In this document: piece by piece, positions 59,999-64,000 of the stretch
Numbering within the stretch: position 1 is the stretch's first letter
Layout: each line of letters begins with the position of its first letter
From: an uncultured Chloroflexia bacterium
GTDB lineage: Bacteria; Chloroflexota; Dehalococcoidia; DSTF01; WHTK01
Assembly: GCA_963732945.1 (NCBI GenBank)
Contig: CAVTBL010000004.1
Location: 206,894 to 270,893, forward strand
DNA length: 64,000 nucleotides
Reading direction: 5' to 3'
Program-made: the position numbers and the translations under genes
The notes under the pieces: model-generated
Seen by the model: only the letters and a program-made list of their open reading frames with translations
Told to the model about the DNA's origin: nothing
Databases searched by the model: none

Positions 59999-60696
59999 CG
60001 CGCGCTACCGGGCCGCGCGTGCTGGTCGTCGACGATGAGCCGGCGATTCGGCGGGCGCTGGGCACGAATCTCAACCGCCACGGCTTCAATGTCGAAATGG
60101 CAGAGTCAGGCCAGGAAGCGCTCGACCTGTTCGCGTCTTTCCGGCCCGACCTCGTTATCCTCGACCTCAGCCTCCCGGACTTCGACGGCAGCCACGTCAT
60201 CGAAAGGATTCGCGAACGCTCGAGCACGCCGATCATCATCCTCTCGGTACGGGGTGCGGAACGCGACAAGGTCGGCGCCCTGGACATGGGGGCTGACGAC
60301 TACCTGACGAAGCCGTTCAGCGTGAACGAGCTCCTGGCGAGAGTGAGAGTTGCCCTGCGTCACGTTGCCCAGCCTACCCATTCAGGCGTCTTCCGCGCAG
60401 GCGACCTCGAGGTCGATCTGGAGCATCGCCGCGTCCGTAGGGCTGCGAAGGAAGTCGACCTCTCTCCCACAGAATACGACCTGCTGAAGGTCCTCATCGC
60501 CCATCCCGATCGGGTTCTGACGCACGCCATGCTGGTGCACGACGTCTGGGGCCCGGAGTACGGTAACGAGCCCCACTACCTTCACGTCTACGTCGCACGC
60601 CTGCGCAAGAAGCTCGAAGCCGACCCGCAACGGCCTCGACTGATCGTCACCGAACCGGGTGTTGGCTACCGGCTCGTGGCGGACGAGGCAACGTGA
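59995..60696 (+). CDS. kdpE: OmpR-family response regulator KdpE-like
   Basis: receiver domain with LVVDDE, plus a winged-helix domain; ATGA overlap with kdpD. Confidence 0.85.
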   Translation: MTRATGPRVLVVDDEPAIRRALGTNLNRHGFNVEMAESGQEALDLFASFRPDLVILDLSLPDFDGSHVIERIRERSSTPIIILSVRGAERDKVGALDMGADDYLTKPFSVNELLARVRVALRHVAQPTHSGVFRAGDLEVDLEHRRVRRAAKEVDLSPTEYDLLKVLIAHPDRVLTHAMLVHDVWGPEYGNEPHYLHVYVARLRKKLEADPQRPRLIVTEPGVGYRLVADEAT

Positions 60697-60733
60697 GCCT
60701 GACCGGCGAGGTAGCGATGATTTGGGCGCTGGC

Positions 60734-60970
60734 GTGGACGCTCTAACCCTTTTCGGCGCTATCGCAGTGACAACCATGCTGCTGTTCTACGCTCTCGAAG
60801 ATCGCGGCGCGGTCTTCGTACTGGGGTTCGCGATCGCCTGCGTGGCTTCGTCAGCGTACGGCTTCCTGCAGGGCGCCTGGCCGTTCGGCGTCGTCGAGCT
60901 TGTGTGGTCGGCTGTTGCGTTGCGCCGTTGGAGACGGCGGGTGGGCGCTCAGGCTCGAACTGCCCCTTAG
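60734..60970 (+). CDS. hypothetical small membrane protein
   Basis: two TM helices (LFGAIAVTTMLLFYAL... / FVLGFAIACVASSAYGFL); start uncertain. Confidence 0.4.
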   Translation: MDALTLFGAIAVTTMLLFYALEDRGAVFVLGFAIACVASSAYGFLQGAWPFGVVELVWSAVALRRWRRRVGAQARTAP

Positions 60971-61403
60971 TCTCTAGCCTTGCCCAACAGATGTGGCCGC
61001 GCCCTCTCGTCAAGCGTGAGGGCTTCGTTGAGCCGCCCAGGCTCTTCGTTGGCACTGCATTCACGTTCTCGCGCGACCATAAGTCCGTGGACATAGGCTT
61101 CTGGTCCGCAGGGAGGTAGTCGATGAAAGCATGCCGTGGCCACATTGGAGGCGAAGAGGCCCCCGATGCTAGCAAAGATTTACGCGATCCCCGCCGCGAT
61201 GTACACGCGAGTGGCCGTTCTTCGCTCTCGTTCCCTGGCGGCTTACGCGGTTTCTGAATAGACGCTACCTGCGCTTCCGATCGCGTGCCTGCCCATCGCT
61301 GCAAAGGCCGGTGGCCCTCGCGTTATGGCCGGACGGTCGGGCCGGATGGCACTGAGGGCAGCCCAGCAACTCAGTTAGTTTGCTAATAGGCCAACCGTCG
61401 CAA

Positions 61404-61455
61404 ACGTTGAGCGAACGTTGAGGCGCAATGTCGATCCGTTGTGAAGCCATTGAGA
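61404..61455 (+). promoter_or_regulatory. array of four direct repeats (A/C)NGTTG(A/T)GA phased 11-21-11 bp
   Basis: ACGTTGAG at 61404 and 61415, CGTTGTGA at 61437, CATTGAGA at 61448; ~60-110 bp upstream of ORF 61513. Confidence 0.4.
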
Positions 61456-61512
61456 ACGCGAACCTAGACTCGTCCTTGAGCCGAGACAGTGACTCTGCTC
61501 AAGGAGGACACG

Positions 61513-61881
61513 ATGACCCAGGCACGCGTCAACTCAACGAGCGACCCCACTAACCGGGACTGGGCCGATTTGCTACGAACGAACTGCCTGATCCTGACTT
61601 CGAGCAAGGTGACGAACTCTGTGAGTCTTAGCCGGGGCTTCCAGCACGGCATGGAGGCAGAACGAGAGTCGTTCGTCGAACTCGGACAGCGCCTCGCGGA
61701 GGAGTACGGGCTGCAGTCTCAAGTCGAGAGTCACGGCTACTACGTGACGATTCGCTTCTTCCGACCCGAGCCAGAAGCAGACGTCGACACTGCCGACTCC
61801 GGCTCCGTGCTCGGCAAGGCGGGGGCCTGGCTCAAGGCACGCTTCGGCCGAGCCAACGAGGGAAGCGAGTTGCAGTCATGA
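61513..61881 (+). CDS. hypothetical protein
   Basis: ATG at 61513 preceded by AAGGAGG; ATGA-coupled to the downstream response regulator. Confidence 0.45.
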   Translation: MTQARVNSTSDPTNRDWADLLRTNCLILTSSKVTNSVSLSRGFQHGMEAERESFVELGQRLAEEYGLQSQVESHGYYVTIRFFRPEPEADVDTADSGSVLGKAGAWLKARFGRANEGSELQS

Positions 61882-62249
61882 ACATCCTGCTGGTCGAGGA
61901 TGATCGCTCCCTGTCCGACGTGATCGCGCGCAACCTGACTGCTCGCGGTCACTCGGTCACGACCGCAGACACCGCCGAGGGTGGACTGCGCGAATTGGCG
62001 CAGGAGTGGCCGGACACGCTGATTCTCGACGTGAACCTGCCGGATTTCAGCGCCTGGGAGGTTCTGCGGCGAATCGGTCGGGACCCCGGCCGGCGCCCGC
62101 GCATCGTGGTGATGTCGGCATATCCGATCTCGCGCAAGAGGATCGACGAATTTCATCCACAGAGCGCTTTGCAGAAGCCGTTCCCAATTAACGCGCTTAT
62201 GCACGCGGTTGAGGACGGACAGCCTGAGACAGTTGGTGCGGATGGCTAA
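61878..62249 (+). CDS. single-domain (CheY-like) response regulator
   Basis: receiver motifs LLVEDD...D...K. Confidence 0.8.
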   Translation: MNILLVEDDRSLSDVIARNLTARGHSVTTADTAEGGLRELAQEWPDTLILDVNLPDFSAWEVLRRIGRDPGRRPRIVVMSAYPISRKRIDEFHPQSALQKPFPINALMHAVEDGQPETVGADG

Positions 62250-62298
62250 ATTATTCAGAGGCGGATTTTAATCACTCCGTGATGGGAAGAGGAAGCAA

Positions 62299-62382
62299 AT
62301 GAATGATCTTATCTACATCGCCTTGAGCATAGGCATATTCATTCTCGTCGCGGTATCGATTATCGCTTTCGAGAAGGTCTAG
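62299..62382 (+). CDS. KdpF-like small hydrophobic peptide (27 aa)
   Basis: single TM peptide MNDLIYIALSIGIFILVAVSIIAFEKV with an SD. Confidence 0.5.
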   Translation: MNDLIYIALSIGIFILVAVSIIAFEKV

Positions 62383-62384
62383 AG

Positions 62385-62474
62385 ATGAGCTTCGAGAACG
62401 TAGCTTTACTGATCGTATCAACCGTGGTCATGGCCTACCTGATCTTCGCCCTGATCAGGCCCGAGAAATTCTAG
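62385..62474 (+). CDS. kdpF: K+-transporting ATPase subunit F
   Basis: MSFENVALLIVSTVVMAYLIFALIRPEKF matches the KdpF consensus (...YLxYALxRPExF); lies immediately before kdpA. Confidence 0.6.
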   Translation: MSFENVALLIVSTVVMAYLIFALIRPEKF

Positions 62475-62483
62475 GAGCCTGAA

Positions 62484-64000
62484 ATGGAAGTCAGCGGTAT
62501 AGTCCACATTCTGTTTTACTTTCTCGTAATCCTGGCACTGACCAAACCTCTCGGTGCCTACATGGCGATTGTGTTCGAGGGCGAAGGTAGCATCTCGAAG
62601 CGTGTGTTCGCACCCGTTGAGAACGTGATCTTCAAGGTTTTCATGGTCGACGCCAGGAAGGAAATGGACTGGAAGCGCTACGCGTTTGCTGTCGTCTTCT
62701 TCAGCGTCATCGGCATCCTCATCGTCTATGGGCTGCAGAGGCTGCAGGGTAGCCTGCCGCTCAACCCGCAGAATCTTCCAGGGACGACATCTGACCTGGG
62801 ATTCAGTACCGCGTCCAGCTTCACGTCCAACACTAACTGGCAGGCTTACGGAGGCGAGACGACGCTGAGCTACCTCACGCAGATGCTCGGTCTGACGGTG
62901 CAGAACTTCGTCTCTGCCTCAGTGGGCATCGTTGTCGTGATCGTCCTAATCCGTGGCTTCTCGCGTCGCTCGACCAGCGACCTCGGGAACTTCTGGGCCG
63001 ACATCGTCCGCTGCGTGCTCTGGATCATGATGCCCCTGTCCATCGTTTTGACGATTTTCCTCGTTTCGCAGGGCGTGATTCAGAACTTCAGCTCCTATAA
63101 GGAGGTCACGACCCTCGAAGGCGTCAAGCAGGTCCTGGCGATGGGACCGGCTGCGTCGCAGATAGCGATCAAGCAGCTGGGCACGAACGGCGGCGGGTTC
63201 TTCAACTCCAACTCGGCCGTTCCGTTCGAAAACCCAACGCCGTTCACGAACTTCCTCGAGTCAATCTCGATCTTCCTGATACCGGCAGGCCTGACGTACA
63301 CGTTCGGCAAGATGGTGAAGGATACGCGCCAGGGTTGGGCCGTCTTCGCTGCCATGAGCATTCTGTTTCTCGCCGGCATCTTCGTCGTCTACCCGGCAGA
63401 ACAACACGGCAATCCGATCATGGCAAACCTGGGAGTAGATAACTCCTACCAGACCGGTAACCTGGCCAGCTCCGGCGGCAACATGGAGGGCAAGGAGGTC
63501 CGCTTCGGCATTGCGGATTCCGCGATCTGGGCGACCGCAACCACGGACGCCTCCAACGGCTCCGTTAACTCGATGCACGACAGCTACATGCCGCTTGGCG
63601 GCCTCGTCGCATTGTTCAACATGCATTTGGGAGAGGTCGTTTTCGGTGGGACCGGCTCAGGCCTCTATACGATGCTCGGCTTCGCGATCATCGCCGTCTT
63701 CGTTGCCGGGCTGATGATCGGCAGAACGCCGGAGTATTTGGGCAAGAAAATCGGCCCGTACGAAATGAAGATGTCGATCTTCATGTTCCTGGTTCCTTCA
63801 GCGGCAGTCCTGCTCTTAACGGCACTCGGGACCACTACCGGCCTTGGCAAGGCGGGGCCGCTAAACGCCGGGCCTCATGGCTACTCGGAAATTCTTTACG
63901 CCTTCACATCAGCGGGCGAGAACAACGGGTCGGCATTCGCCGGTCTCACCGCTAACACTCCGTTCTACAACACCGCGCAGGGTGTCGAGATGCTGCTCGT
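62484..64000 (+). CDS. kdpA: K+-transporting ATPase subunit A (3' end beyond window)
   Basis: AGGAG SD; KdpA motifs (LGEVVFGGTGSGLY, IGRTPEYLGKKI, NNGSAFAGL); the open frame runs to the window edge. Confidence 0.9.
   Translation, partial: MEVSGIVHILFYFLVILALTKPLGAYMAIVFEGEGSISKRVFAPVENVIFKVFMVDARKEMDWKRYAFAVVFFSVIGILIVYGLQRLQGSLPLNPQNLPGTTSDLGFSTASSFTSNTNWQAYGGETTLSYLTQMLGLTVQNFVSASVGIVVVIVLIRGFSRRSTSDLGNFWADIVRCVLWIMMPLSIVLTIFLVSQGVIQNFSSYKEVTTLEGVKQVLAMGPAASQIAIKQLGTNGGGFFNSNSAVPFENPTPFTNFLESISIFLIPAGLTYTFGKMVKDTRQGWAVFAAMSILFLAGIFVVYPAEQHGNPIMANLGVDNSYQTGNLASSGGNMEGKEVRFGIADSAIWATATTDASNGSVNSMHDSYMPLGGLVALFNMHLGEVVFGGTGSGLYTMLGFAIIAVFVAGLMIGRTPEYLGKKIGPYEMKMSIFMFLVPSAAVLLLTALGTTTGLGKAGPLNAGPHGYSEILYAFTSAGENNGSAFAGLTANTPFYNTAQGVEMLL

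Noticed and set aside
60971-61488. c-di-AMP (ydaO) riboswitch upstream of the kdp genes
   Set aside because: Could not identify the paired ACGGGG/CCCG pseudo-symmetric cores by eye; left as a computational check.

Overview
High-GC (~68%) chromosomal window from a monoderm bacterium that uses F420, plausibly Chloroflexota or Actinomycetota; this is an inference from Ddn-like, LLM and PPOX genes, AddAB, heliorhodopsin, and leaderless or ATGA-coupled genes. The backbone is housekeeping and almost fully coding: gatCA, a class A PBP, UbiA prenyltransferase, addAB, an ECF sigma/anti-sigma pair, dcd, ribD, ribE-ribBA-ribH, dinB, hemA, hemL, dnaN, and kdpDE followed by kdpF-kdpF'-kdpA. Several type II toxin-antitoxin modules are inserted (hicB plus a decayed hicA; vapBC). 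Two features stand out. (1) The last 7 codons of dnaN (PMFVQW-stop) recur twice downstream at ~49.6 kb and ~53.5 kb as non-coding DNA differing only at synonymous positions. The copies delimit two lower-GC accessory modules (GT4 + GH15 + GH13 + a divergent cold-shock-like gene; a LuxR regulator + secreted Calx-beta/SGNH hydrolase) that contain no recognisable integrase. (2) A CarH/LitR-like B12-binding MerR regulator is transcribed divergently from an operon encoding a DUF4397 surface protein, a DUF378 membrane protein, a heliorhodopsin, and a translationally coupled YbjT-like NAD(P)-binding/DUF2867 protein. A perfect palindrome lies in the -35/-10 spacer of that operon. The sequence also carries at least 8 apparent single-nucleotide frameshifts in otherwise intact, mostly essential genes (gatA, PBP x3, UbiA, HExxH protease, GH13, hicA, possibly the dcd start). 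These look like insertion-type sequencing or assembly errors, and they affect CDS boundaries throughout. No rRNA, tRNA or CRISPR array was found.
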